A stretch of 64,000 bases of DNA from assembly GCF_041146345.1 (NCBI RefSeq), contig NW_027191414.1, positions 62,001 through 126,000 of the forward strand, written 5' to 3'. A program made the translations under genes and the position numbers. Source of the DNA: Neodothiora populina. Taxonomy: Eukaryota. Of this stretch, positions 10,793-21,579 are shown in pieces. The notes under the pieces were generated by a model that had not been told where the DNA came from, made no database searches, and saw only the letters and a list, made by a program, of their open reading frames with translations. Position 1 is the stretch's first letter. Every line of letters begins with the position of its first letter.

Positions 10793-11980
10793 ATGCTAAC
10801 CGCAGCCTCGAGATTTTTCAACGACGCCAGTAAGTAATGCAGCAACGGATATAGGCACCATATATCGAACCACAGTCGAGACTAGTAGCAGAAACAAGAC
10901 TGACAATTCGAAAAGCCGGTCTCGAAAAGACCTTGCGACTAGTGCAATGCTACTCTCAAGTCGCGGCGGCGTTGGCTGTGACAGCGAGTGATGCGGCTCC
11001 ATGGATTCAAGCCCGCTCGCATTTCGTAGTCGGTGAGTCGACAGATATGTCTATCTTCATTGCCATGAAAACGAAAGCGAAGCCACTCTCTTATCTCATC
11101 TCTTTCCTTTCCTCTGTCTTTGCTATTCAATGAGTACACGCACAAGACAAAACCCATCGAGGGCGGAGGTGGAGTCCTGCGCGGACGGCGCCACTGCGTG
11201 GAGCCTTCTGTTCTCTCTGTCTATACTGAATACAGTATCTCTTATGAGAACAGCAAAAAGAAGGCGAGTGACTAATTATGCGCACCGAAAGCACGACGAT
11301 TCTTCCGCATGACGAAATGGATAGACGCGTGGAACGCAGCGCTGCAGCACCTCTCCTCTACGGGAACGAAAACAAGCAGCGACAGTAGCATCCGCACACT
11401 GCTGCAGCTGATCAAGTTCTCGTGTCTGGGAATGTACATGTTTCTCGAAATGTTCACGATCGTGAGTTCTTCTTTCTCTTTTCGAGCCTCAGCATGGGTA
11501 GTAAAGCGGGAGGCTCGACAGAAAATAAAAACATGGCTGAAGAGGAAACAGACAGACGCAATGAAAGTGACGTCCACAACCTGGGGCCCACGAGTGCTCG
11601 ACGAGTCTCTGAAGTTCTGGTTCTACGCCATCGCGGCCTCCTTGCTCCTTTCTCTGCTCGATCTATGGTCTGCTGTCTTCTCGTCAACGACTGCATTTAG
11701 TCCCTCGGCTACACAGTCCGAAAAGCAGAAAGACGGCTTGTCAAACGACAGTAAATCGAAAGCCAAAAACGAAAAGCCTGACGCTACTACTCCTGCTTCT
11801 GTTAGTCTGTCGAAAAGACAAATCTACAAGAAGCTCTTCACGGACGGGTGCGACATTTTGATTCCAGGCTCGCACACGGGATGGATCCCGGCTGATGCGC
11901 TGACTGTGGGCGTCACTGGGGTTCTGGCCACGCTTGTTTCTATGGCGGATGTTTGGGCGAGGGTCAATGGTGGATCCTGA
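10793..11980 (+). CDS. PEX11: PEX11-family peroxisomal membrane protein
   Basis: Introns 10830-10915, 11033-11291, 11462-11551 give MLTAASRFFNDATGLEKTLRLVQ...ARRFFRMTKWIDAW...KFWFYAIAAS...DGCDILIPGSHTGWI, which are PEX11-type motifs. Which paralog this is was not determined. Confidence 0.8.
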
Positions 11981-12272
11981 CATAGGTTTCCCTTTGCTGT
12001 GAGGTTGAGGAGACATATAGACTAGAGGAAGGAACGGAAAAATAAAAGTGCAAGGCTTAATCGGGGAGTAGTCTATCACATTACCCTCGTCCTTGGGTTG
12101 GGTCTTTTCTAACATGTGCGATTCTTTTTTGCTCGCGGGTGGAGAATTGATGGAAATGGAAGCATTCATAACGGCGCAAACATGCTTTGGCTTGATACCA
12201 TCGTCTATCCAATCAGGTTCTCGACAAAGCTGCTGCTCGTCGTAGACTTTCTATCCGCCTCCGTCTCCACTT

Positions 12273-15200
12273 TCACCACTCGAGCCCCTCATCGTCCTGC
12301 TTGACTTCCCTCTCCTCGACCTCGTCGATGACCCAGCCCAGTCTTCCTCTCTCAACAGCGAGTTTCGTGTCGGCTTTGACCCGCAAGTAGAAAACAGTGC
12401 AGTCTCGACTGTCGCATTCAACCTTTTCGTCCGATGCGAGGTTGGCGCAAGACCTACACACACGATCCATCTCCCTCTTTTTCCGCTCTGCGTTGTTCAG
12501 GCGTCGTCGCAGCGTCAGGATCGTCCGGGCGGCGTTGACGCTGCAATGCACACAGAGAGGCAGAGGAGGGTCGCTGCCCAAGATTGCTCGCGAGTTTGGA
12601 GGGGGCAGTTTGGTGCGGCAGACGACGCATGACGAAGACTGCATGTAGCTTTCCATTGTCTTGCGGGCTTTGTCTGCCGCTGCTGCTGGCGCTGCTCCTG
12701 CACCGAAGAACCCTTGTTGACTTTCGCTTTTGTCCGTGTCATTGCCGTTGTTTCTCTCGATTCCACCACCGCCGACTGATCGGAGTTTCTGGTACTTGGG
12801 CATCTCGTCAAACCATGCGCGCACATTGGCGCCTACGAGATTGAAGATGCGCTCGAGCGGAGGTATGATGTTCTTGCTGATATAGTATTCAGCGTCTAGC
12901 TCCGCATTCTCGTCGTATAGTAGACGTTCGGGCTCGACGCAGCGCGAGTAGAGTGGCTCTCGGGGCGCACCTGCAATGACCACATACGGCACACGCTCAC
13001 CATATTGAGGTTCCAATCGAGGATCTCTGAGCATACGTTTAGTGGAGATCAGTGCACCGGGCGGAGCAGGACCTTTATCTGAATACGTCCCCAACTTGAC
13101 CTCTTTGGCAAAACAAAAGTCTTGAACACTGAACTTGCCAGTCATGATCTTCCTGCATTGTGCTTGGAAATATGCTTTGATCTGGCTGAGATCTGCTGTG
13201 CGAAACAACATTTTGAGAGCCGTCTCTTCGATTTTCTGCTCAGCTGGGGTGCCGTCGCGGCGGACTGTCTCGATTCCTTTGGCGTCCCATTCTGGCTCGG
13301 TTTGGTCAGGATGTTCGTATTTGAAGCCGACATATCTTTTCTTTGCAATGAGTACACACGGATGATAGACTTTCTCGAACTTCAGCTTGACCGGTCTCGG
13401 ATTCATGTCGGTCACTGCTTCTGCAATCTCATTGCCAATGACAAATGCATCTGCGCGTGTGCGACCGTTGAGATAGACAAACAACGAATCCGTGTCGCCA
13501 TACACAACCTCAGCGCCCCACTGCTTGACCGAGTGTATGAGCGCAATGGCTTTCTCCAGCGTCTCGCGACCAGTCTGAACAATTGAGTCCGCAATCTCCG
13601 AGCACGGCATTCGGCCTGAGAACGAGGCAGAAGTATAGCCGTAGGTGACATTGGCAATCAACTTCAGAGCTAGCTGTCTGTTATTGAGCAGTTGCTGCAG
13701 TGTTCTGTCCTCCTTGTCCACCTTCATCCCAGACTTGACCATGACACGTGTCTCGAGAATCTCGCCCAACATCTTTGCTAGCAGTGACTTGCGCATTTCT
13801 GGCTTGACGAACATCATACCGTTTGGCGAGATATTGAGCTTGTCTTTGACCAGTTCGAGCAGTCCTTGTTCTCGCTTGAAGTCCTTGAAGCCCATCTTGT
13901 TGGTACCTCGCCAGGACGTGATGCGACCAAGACAAGTTGAATAACAGTAATTGTAGGCGATCATGACACTTGGGTAAAGACTTTGAAAGTCAAGAACCAG
14001 TAACGGACTGTTGTAGAACCGACTCTGTGGCTCCATGACCAGCGGAAGACATTCGAGCGCATTCTGTCGTCCGACCTGCAGTCGCGAAGGGGAGACCAAG
14101 ACAAAGTTCTCTGGTTTGGCAATACGAAACATGAGCGACTCGACCTTGAATTGTGAGCCTCGACTAAAGACACTGAAGAAGTCAACGCCGAGCAGTCGCG
14201 CTTGCTCAGAGGTACGGGGGATTAGTTCATTCGCATCGATGATCTCGAGATCCAGATGAACGCGTTGTATGAAGTAATCGAGCACTCGAGCAAGATGCCG
14301 AGGACGAGAGCTTCGATAGTATCTCGACAAGACTGTGTAGTTGTAATGATGAACGCGGCGATGCAAAAGGTGGTACACGACATTTTCCATGGTATACTGG
14401 AGCAAGTTCAATTCGCTTCGCATGGCTCGCCAGATGTTGATCATATGTCTTCCGGTGACGCGGACGGTGGAAGTATTTTCGAACCCCCATCGGTCTGCAT
14501 CTTTGCCGAACCGACCATGCGATTTCGACTTCATGCGAGACAACTCATCGCAGAGATTGAATTCGTACTTCAGGCGGGCACGTTCAATGAGGTAACCCCA
14601 AGACGAATTATGCACTTCATAGCCGGTGAGGACGTCTGGGTCGTAGCTGCGCACGATATCGATGAGTCGATTGATGACTTCGAGCTCTTCGTTTTCATCG
14701 TCGAGTTCATCAACAGTGCACTGCTTCCTCATCCTGGCAGCCAAGGTGCCATCAGGTGAAAGTACTATGATCCCGGTTCGCTTGCCATCGTCTGCCAGAT
14801 TGCTAGCGTGGCCGTCGTCGTCGGATTGAAGGCACCAGAAGACGCACGAGATCTCGTCATATTCAGGGTCCGGCGCAAAGTAAGCTCTGGTATTTACATG
14901 GACTTCAAGACTCATTATCGACATGTACTGCGTTTCATGCTGCACACTCGTGGTGTTTCTTTTCTGCGAGAATTTGAAGCCATGCTTGCTCTTCTGAGTG
15001 GGACCATCAATCTGCGAAAGCTCTGGGACTGCATCATGTTTGACTTGGCTAGAGGGTTTATCGACTTCTCCGTCTCCCTGGGGGCTGGGCTCGCTCGGGC
15101 AACCGGATTGCAGCCATTTGTCGACTTCGGCGAAGGTCGGTGGTCTTGCAGATATCTCCCATTGTTTCAAGGTACACCTTTTCCGACGACGCTGATGATC

Positions 15201-17651
15201 GAGTTCCAACAAGGTTTTGTTTAGCACGATAGGTTGCTTCTGTCCCCTTGACGCGGCGGATTCACCAGTGGAATCAAACTCTGGCAGATAAGGTACGGTG
15301 TTGCTCTCGAGCTTGAACTCTTGTCCAGCATATTCTCGTAATCTCTCGGGTACATCCTTTTCTTCGCTATAGTAAGCATCTTGAAATATTACGGGTGGCC
15401 TCCCTTCGTTGATCATTGTGGCGGCGACTTCAGCCGATGTAGGCGGAAGCACTGCAAGAACAAGCGCTGACTTGTGTTGTCGTGACGGAAAAGATATGCA
15501 GTAATTGCTGGACAGCCTGACCACTCTGGGATCGACAGAAAGAGCCTTCCTTGGTGTGACAATGCTAGCAGAGCTGCCGCTTGTCCAAGGCGTTTTGGGA
15601 GAAGTCTGGGTTGCCTTCTGCGGTGTTGCGGGATGTCGCTGACCAGGAAGGTCGTCTCGCTGGCTCAACCTCAGCTGTGTGATTGGATCGTGGGCATTCT
15701 TCACCACCGGAAAGGCAAGAGCGGCCTTGCGATCCTGTGTCACCTGGCTGGGTGTGTACTGGTTCGATGGAGGCGGATGATTCTGGCCGAGGAATTCGCT
15801 CTCGATCAGATTGGAGTCCAGAGCATCGAGAAGCTGAGCGCCCTTGGTCACATCCTTGACTCTTACTCGAGGCTTAGGGGCCGGCCTGTTAGATTTGTCC
15901 ACCGTGTCTGGTGAAAAGCCGACGACCTTTCGACGCTTCACGGGAGTCTCGTCTTCGACAAGGGGTCTCTTTGACGCAACGTCGCGCTCGACCATGTCTA
16001 CAGTTCTCATCGGTAATGTCACAGGTTCGACATATGATTCTGCTTTGGTCAGGTCAGAGCGAGATTCAGCAGTTTTTGCGGGCGTAACGAATGGATCGGC
16101 AAGGGACGACTTGTGCTCATCGCCATCTGTCTCGGGTTCGTCCTGGTTGGTGTCATTGTGGTCACCAGAAGGCGTATCGGCACCTGTGAGACTATTTGAA
16201 CGCATTTCTGCAGCTTCAGGAACGCGAAGGGCATTATTACGGGTTCCACGAGCATTGTTTCGCTGAATCTGAGTAAAGCTCTCTTTCAGCGCCCTGGCTT
16301 CGCCCTCATCGTCGGAATGATCGCCATTCTCGGCTTCGACCTTGACAAGATGGATGCTAGATTCGTCCACAACAGGGATGTCGTGAGGAAAGCCATGATC
16401 AGGACCTTCCTGTTTGACCGTATCGGGTGCATCATTAGCAGGCCGACGCCATCGATCGCGAAAAAGCTCTTCGATGCTTTGAAAAGTGGTTTGGACCGGG
16501 AAGTCTTCGACAACAGGTTTGACGAACGAATCAAAGTCGAGGTTGGCAGCAGTTTCGTTCTCGCGTTCGTTCTTCACGAGCTCCTCGATGGTCTGGCGAA
16601 ATTCCTCTTCGTGGATCCAGCCGCCTTTTTCTGTATTGCGCGGGTCTGCGGACATGCTTACCAGCACTTCTGGCGGAAAAGGACTGCTGCCCGGGTCGCT
16701 CAGGCCCATTCGTCGTTTCCGGCGCTTGGTCTCGTCTTTCCACAGACCAGCCATGGAGGGGACGAGTTTCTCTTCCGGGGCGAGGTGCTGGAAACGCTCG
16801 ATGAAGTCCCGATGCAACGAGCGCTCCTGGATATCATGACGATTCAGGATGTCCTCTACGCAAATGTCAAGCTCCAGGCTGCAATGACTCTGTCGCGGGA
16901 AGGCATTTTGGTCGAGGACCTGCGAGTGCGGAATCGAGCCATCGTGCCATTGGTGAACGGCACTTTCCAGATTGAGATATTCCGGGACAGGGAGACGAAA
17001 ATGTGGTTTGTCGGTCTCGATGTATGCGCATCCATACAAATTGAAATCGCACATCCACTGCGGCACGTACTCTAGATGTCGCTCGTAGGGCTGAAAGACG
17101 CGTTTCATAATGGCACCCTGCAGCAGCAGATCGGCCAGACGGGTCTTGTGCATGGGATTGAGGAGGTAGACCTTGAAGAAGTATTTATAGCCGACCGAGT
17201 ATCCAAAGAACGGCACACCCTTGACAAGACTTATGTAGGCGACATAGTCGGAACGAGCGTCATAGGGATCCCTCCGGTAGGAAAGGGCCAGGGCATGATC
17301 AATTGAGAGTTTGAGATTTGCAGTATTCCTATCGACCTCGGCTCGACTCAGGCCTCCATTGTACTCTAAGTAGAGATAAGGAAAAGCACCGTGAATGTGC
17401 ACGCAAACCTTTTGGCCGGTCTCGGTGGCGCCAAAGACGCGTATGATTGGGATTTGGGGGACATTCTGATTCGACTTGTTGTTCCGAGTGGCAAAAGACG
17501 AAGAGGAAGAAGAAGAAGAAGAAGAAGAAGAAGAAGAAGAGAAATTGCCCCAGAATGGAGGATCTAATTCACCAGGAGCTGTCTGATACGTGTCGACGCA
17601 GTTGAGACGGACACGGAAAATGGGTTTGTTGTTGTCCTTTGCGTCTCTCAT
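12273..17651 (-). CDS. REV3: DNA polymerase zeta catalytic subunit (B family)
   Basis: Intronless. N-terminal FRVRLNCVD..RVFGATETGQKVCVHIHGAFPYLY. Polymerase motifs LDFQSLYPS, KLIANVTYGY, YGDTDS, KKRYVG. C-terminal CysA/CysB clusters. First in-frame ATG is 17651; the ORF-track start at 17786 is TTG. Confidence 0.97.
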   Translation of the reverse strand: MRDAKDNNKPIFRVRLNCVDTYQTAPGELDPPFWGNFSSSSSSSSSSSSSSSFATRNNKSNQNVPQIPIIRVFGATETGQKVCVHIHGAFPYLYLEYNGGLSRAEVDRNTANLKLSIDHALALSYRRDPYDARSDYVAYISLVKGVPFFGYSVGYKYFFKVYLLNPMHKTRLADLLLQGAIMKRVFQPYERHLEYVPQWMCDFNLYGCAYIETDKPHFRLPVPEYLNLESAVHQWHDGSIPHSQVLDQNAFPRQSHCSLELDICVEDILNRHDIQERSLHRDFIERFQHLAPEEKLVPSMAGLWKDETKRRKRRMGLSDPGSSPFPPEVLVSMSADPRNTEKGGWIHEEEFRQTIEELVKNERENETAANLDFDSFVKPVVEDFPVQTTFQSIEELFRDRWRRPANDAPDTVKQEGPDHGFPHDIPVVDESSIHLVKVEAENGDHSDDEGEARALKESFTQIQRNNARGTRNNALRVPEAAEMRSNSLTGADTPSGDHNDTNQDEPETDGDEHKSSLADPFVTPAKTAESRSDLTKAESYVEPVTLPMRTVDMVERDVASKRPLVEDETPVKRRKVVGFSPDTVDKSNRPAPKPRVRVKDVTKGAQLLDALDSNLIESEFLGQNHPPPSNQYTPSQVTQDRKAALAFPVVKNAHDPITQLRLSQRDDLPGQRHPATPQKATQTSPKTPWTSGSSASIVTPRKALSVDPRVVRLSSNYCISFPSRQHKSALVLAVLPPTSAEVAATMINEGRPPVIFQDAYYSEEKDVPERLREYAGQEFKLESNTVPYLPEFDSTGESAASRGQKQPIVLNKTLLELDHQRRRKRCTLKQWEISARPPTFAEVDKWLQSGCPSEPSPQGDGEVDKPSSQVKHDAVPELSQIDGPTQKSKHGFKFSQKRNTTSVQHETQYMSIMSLEVHVNTRAYFAPDPEYDEISCVFWCLQSDDDGHASNLADDGKRTGIIVLSPDGTLAARMRKQCTVDELDDENEELEVINRLIDIVRSYDPDVLTGYEVHNSSWGYLIERARLKYEFNLCDELSRMKSKSHGRFGKDADRWGFENTSTVRVTGRHMINIWRAMRSELNLLQYTMENVVYHLLHRRVHHYNYTVLSRYYRSSRPRHLARVLDYFIQRVHLDLEIIDANELIPRTSEQARLLGVDFFSVFSRGSQFKVESLMFRIAKPENFVLVSPSRLQVGRQNALECLPLVMEPQSRFYNSPLLVLDFQSLYPSVMIAYNYCYSTCLGRITSWRGTNKMGFKDFKREQGLLELVKDKLNISPNGMMFVKPEMRKSLLAKMLGEILETRVMVKSGMKVDKEDRTLQQLLNNRQLALKLIANVTYGYTSASFSGRMPCSEIADSIVQTGRETLEKAIALIHSVKQWGAEVVYGDTDSLFVYLNGRTRADAFVIGNEIAEAVTDMNPRPVKLKFEKVYHPCVLIAKKRYVGFKYEHPDQTEPEWDAKGIETVRRDGTPAEQKIEETALKMLFRTADLSQIKAYFQAQCRKIMTGKFSVQDFCFAKEVKLGTYSDKGPAPPGALISTKRMLRDPRLEPQYGERVPYVVIAGAPREPLYSRCVEPERLLYDENAELDAEYYISKNIIPPLERIFNLVGANVRAWFDEMPKYQKLRSVGGGGIERNNGNDTDKSESQQGFFGAGAAPAAAADKARKTMESYMQSSSCVVCRTKLPPPNSRAILGSDPPLPLCVHCSVNAARTILTLRRRLNNAERKKREMDRVCRSCANLASDEKVECDSRDCTVFYLRVKADTKLAVERGRLGWVIDEVEEREVKQDDEGLEW
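17500..17541. repeat. (GAA)n microsatellite encoding poly-Ser in the REV3 N-terminal domain
   Basis: About 11 pure GAA units with degenerate flanks. Confidence 0.9.
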
Positions 17652-17866
17652 CCTGCCTCTCTGGGTCGCGTTGATTGCCTGGCTGGAGTGACGCTGTCGA
17701 TGCTCATCTCCGGCGCATTGATGATGTTGATGATGCTGACGATAATCTAGTCTACAGTGAAAGATACATCGAGCATTTATCTCCAACTATTATACTCGAC
17801 AGACGACGATGAAATAGATTAAATAATATATGCAAAAGCCAATCAAGGTGAGAAACAGATCAACAT
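17648..17866 (-). promoter_or_regulatory. Cluster of upstream ORFs in the REV3 5' region
   Basis: Short ATG-initiated ORFs at 17866-17843, 17776-17747, 17769-17752, 17718-17704 and 17707-17648. The last overlaps the REV3 ATG (ATGA). Transcription start is unknown. Confidence 0.5.
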
Positions 17867-18114
17867 GTCCGGACGCGACGTGATGGCGTCAAATCAAATT
17901 GCCTTGAATCAGAGAGACTTCTTGGCGTCGAGAGCATGACCCGTGCGTGACTGCCATTTCTGCGGGGAATTGTTTAAATCCATCATTAATTAATCCATCT
18001 CTCCTTCCAATCCGTCTTTCTCTACTCTACTCTACAGTCCACTCATTCCACATCTCCATCCGACCTTCTGATCATAATCACCATCACCAGAACAAGGACA
18101 CAAAGAGAATCGAA

Positions 18115-19629
18115 ATGCCGCCGCCTCAACCGCCCCCGAAGAAACCCACCGAGCCAATCGGCAAGAACGAACGCAACGAATACATCCCCTCGTTCATCTC
18201 CAAAAAGCCTTTTTACATCGACGAATCGACGACAGACGACGACTACCTCGAGCATCAGCGTCTGCAGAACCGCAAGGACGACCCCCTGGCCACGTCGAAA
18301 TGGTATTCACGAGGACAGAGGGCGGGCCCGGCGGCGACCAAGTACCGAAAGGGTGCCTGCGAGAACTGCGGCGCCATAACGCACAAGACCAAGGAGTGTC
18401 TGTCCAGGCCGAGGAAGTCGGGCGCCAAGTGGACGGGCAAGGACATCCAGGCAGACGAGGTGATTCAGGACGTCGACCTGGGATGGGACGCCAAAAGAGA
18501 CCGGTGGAACGGATACGATGCCAGGGAATACGAGGCCGTCATAGAAGAATACAATGCGCTCGAGGAGATGAAGAAGAAAGTCCTGCCGCCCAGCAAGAAC
18601 GACGGCGATGACGACGACGATGACGAAGAGAAAAAGGCCGACGAGGAAGAGGGAGCTCGATACGAAGAAGAGACAGACATGGGCAGGCACCAGTCGACGT
18701 CGACGCGCAACCTCCGACTGCGAGAAGACACGGCCAAGTACCTCGTCGACCTCGATCTCGAATCCGCCCGATACGATCCCAAGACTCGGTCCATGATCGA
18801 CCAACCGCCACCCGACGACGCCATAGACGCAGCGGCCGAAGGCTTCGCCAGAGCAGCGAGCGACGCCGCCGAGTTCGAGAAAGCACAGAGATATGCGTGG
18901 GAAGGCACGGCCAAGAGCGGATCCGGCGCCTCGAATATCCATCTGCAGGCGAACCCCACCCAGGCGCAGTTTCTACGGAAGAAAGAGCTGGAGGAGCGAG
19001 AGAGCAAAAAGGAGGCACAGCGCAAGGCCCTGCTCGACCGATACGGCGGCGCAGAACATCTGATGCAGGATCCGCTGCGTCAGACGGCCGTCGTGGAGAA
19101 CGAGAGATATGTCGAGTACGACGAGCGAGGCAGGATCAAGGGCGAGGCCGAACGAAAGGAAAAGAGTATCTATGCGGAAGACGTGCTCGTCAACAACCAC
19201 ACGTCGGTGTGGGGCAGCTGGTGGAAGGAGTTCAAGTGGGGATACGCCTGCTGTCACTCGGTCATCAAAGCCAGCTACTGCACGGGCGACGAGGGCATCA
19301 GAGCTGCCGAACAGGCCGAACGTCTCGCCCTCGGCCAGCTGGTTGCTCATGACTCACAAGAGATCCCCAAAGAAATCGCATGGAAGGAAGAAGAATCCAG
19401 CGAGAAACACATCCCCAACGCCGACACTCTTCAGCCGCAAAAACAACCTCAACAAGACTCGGAGAGTCGCAAGCGGAAAATCGACGAGATCAGAGCCGGC
19501 GTCACGGAGCAGGACATGGAGAAATATCGACGCAAGAGAACGGCGGCCAACGATCCCATGGCTAAATTGCTGGGCAAGGATGAATTGATCGAGTACGGCG
19601 GCACCTCCAAGGACGCCGAAGTCTCGTGA
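18115..19629 (+). CDS. SLU7: Pre-mRNA splicing factor Slu7 (second step, 3' splice-site selection)
   Basis: [14 protein letters not shown], zinc knuckle [64 protein letters not shown]. Intronless, ATG at 18115. Confidence 0.97.
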   Translation: MPPPQPPPKKPTEPIGKNERNEYIPSFISKKPFYIDESTTDDDYLEHQRLQNRKDDPLATSKWYSRGQRAGPAATKYRKGACENCGAITHKTKECLSRPRKSGAKWTGKDIQADEVIQDVDLGWDAKRDRWNGYDAREYEAVIEEYNALEEMKKKVLPPSKNDGDDDDDDEEKKADEEEGARYEEETDMGRHQSTSTRNLRLREDTAKYLVDLDLESARYDPKTRSMIDQPPPDDAIDAAAEGFARAASDAAEFEKAQRYAWEGTAKSGSGASNIHLQANPTQAQFLRKKELEERESKKEAQRKALLDRYGGAEHLMQDPLRQTAVVENERYVEYDERGRIKGEAERKEKSIYAEDVLVNNHTSVWGSWWKEFKWGYACCHSVIKASYCTGDEGIRAAEQAERLALGQLVAHDSQEIPKEIAWKEEESSEKHIPNADTLQPQKQPQQDSESRKRKIDEIRAGVTEQDMEKYRRKRTAANDPMAKLLGKDELIEYGGTSKDAEVS

Positions 19630-19687
19630 ACGAATAGAGAATAGAAAGTAGTTTTGATTCATGACGATTAATGATAAGAGAAGAACC

Positions 19688-21579
19688 TCAAAGGTATTTG
19701 CTCCTCAGAGCCTGGCTGATGGTGCTCATCCGACTCGCCGTCGCTCCGCGTTGCATGTTGCTCAGGTAGGCTTCTTCCAGCGCCGATTGAGAGATACTAG
19801 CATCTGCTTTTTTCCCCCCAGTCAGCATTCTATCCGCACGATATGATCCTTATCAGACAACAGAAAAGAGAGCAAGAACCGATGCTTACCATCCAAGTCA
19901 CTGAATGAACTACCCATACTAGGAGTTCCCTCGCTGCCTTCTCTCCTCACCGCTCCGGGACTGAAGGCTGATAGCTCCGCTCTTCGTCTCGGACTCAATG
20001 CACTCGCAGGATCCGCTTGCAAGCCGCCATGACCGCCGAGTTGTTGTTGTTGTTGTTGTTGTTGCTGCGGTTGCTGCTGCGGCTGCTGATAATGTCGCTG
20101 TTGTTCACGTCGCTGCATATGCTGATGATGATGATGATGACTCTGATGGTGATGATGACTACTGCTAGGCGCTGCGAACAAACTCCCCGACGACGCAGAC
20201 GAGTCTGGAGCGACGGGGGCGTGACGCTGCTCGAGCTCCTTCCGATGACCCTGCGGATGGGGGGGTGGTGACCGCAGCGTCGCTGCCGGATCCTCATGTT
20301 TCGCAGCAGCAGACGACCCGGCGGCAGCGGCGAAAGGTAAGAAACCGCCATCGTCGTCTTCGTCCTCGTCTTCATCCGCTTCGTCGGCATACGACAGAGT
20401 CCCGCGGCCTTTCCTAGCGGCGCCGCCGAGGTGAGGCGGGCGGCGGAAGGCTTGGCTGCGTGCCATGCTCTGACTTGCTAGCTCATTGTCATCATCATCA
20501 TCGTCTGAAGAAAGAGAGTCCGAGTCAGACACATCTGCAAGAGGCGGCGACTCTTCTCCTTGATCGAGTTCGGCTTGGTGGGCCTGAGAAGGGTATCTGC
20601 GCTGCTGAGCCGTGAAAGAACTGCGGAAAGACCCCTTGTTGTGTGGCAGGGGACTTGCTGGTTGCCCTGCTGCTGCTGCTGCTGCTGCTGCCGCTGCTAC
20701 TCTGCTCTGCTGTGTCACGGTTCTGACTGATGGGGTACGAGATGGAATCACATTAGCCGCAGCGGATGGAGGTCCGTCATTCGCGAATGAAGATGCACTG
20801 CTCGGCTTCATCAAGCCCGAGCCGGCATTGGGTGTCGGACTATCTCTTGCACGAGTTGAGAGCGCCGATGTTGTACGTGGACCTACTGAATAAGCTTAGT
20901 TGGCGAATACACTCACTTTTGACTTCACACTGGGATTAGTCTGACCTAGAATATTCGCAGCAAAATTGCTTGTGCTGGGTGTAGACATGTTGCTACCCGA
21001 ATCTGGAGGTATAGGCGATGGGTTCGCCGATGGACTGAGTTTCTTCATCTGCGCCTTCATCTGCGCGAAGTGGCGCTCGTAAAGCCATGCTGCTTGTTGT
21101 AGCAGAAACGAGAGCGACACGTCGAAACGAGCTGATCTGTAGATAAGCTGTCAGAAGCCCATCACAATTCTATCTTCGCGTTCTTGTCATTTACAAATCT
21201 TCCCCTGCGTTCTGTTAGATGATTTGTTCTGCAAGAAACACTTTCAGGGATTACATACAGTCTAGTTCCTTTCGACTCGATGCCTTGGAGATGATCTTCC
21301 ACAAGGCACGATCTTTGGTAGAAGTCCACGCGACCTAATCTCTGTGTCAGAAAGCAGCCTGATGTATACAACAGTCAAAGTGTCTACCTGTGGAGGATCT
21401 ACAAAGTCCGCTCGAGGAAACGGTAGTCTGATAAAGCAGGTATAATGGACCTTCGACTCCGGGGCAGCAGCGGACTTTGCGGGTGGTTTAGCTTGACCGC
21501 CTGTGGTTTCCTGCTGCATGGCAAGCGACGATGCAGCAGGACGTAGAGCCGCCTCTCGAGATGCTGTTATAGACGACAT
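19688..21579 (-). CDS. ATG29: Autophagy-related protein 29
   Basis: Introns 21335-21387, 21205-21258, 21137-21194, about 20883-20945, and 19804-19889. Spliced product: YTCFIRLPFPRADFVDPPQVAWTSTKDRALW...LDWEDLSARFDVSLSFLLQQAAWLYERH, with C-terminal SMGSSFSDLDDASISQSALEEA...ALRSKYL. Alternative start at 21519. Confidence 0.92.
20040..20160. repeat. (GTT)8 and adjacent (GAT)n trinucleotide tracts encoding poly-Gln/poly-His in Atg29
   Basis: Directly visible. A further (GCT)n poly-Ala tract lies at about 20668-20698. Confidence 0.85.

Noticed and set aside
17652..18114. ORF-track N-terminal extensions of REV3 (17786) and SLU7 (17947)
   Set aside because: They start at TTG/GTG under a bacterial-style rule. 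Family-like sequence begins right after the first ATGs (17651 and 18115).
20883..20945. Possible stwintron (nested intron) in ATG29 intron 4
   Set aside because: The internal GT...CTAAT...CAG unit is only about 16 nt and the GTGAGT unit about 34 nt and out of phase. A single 63-nt intron explains the frame.
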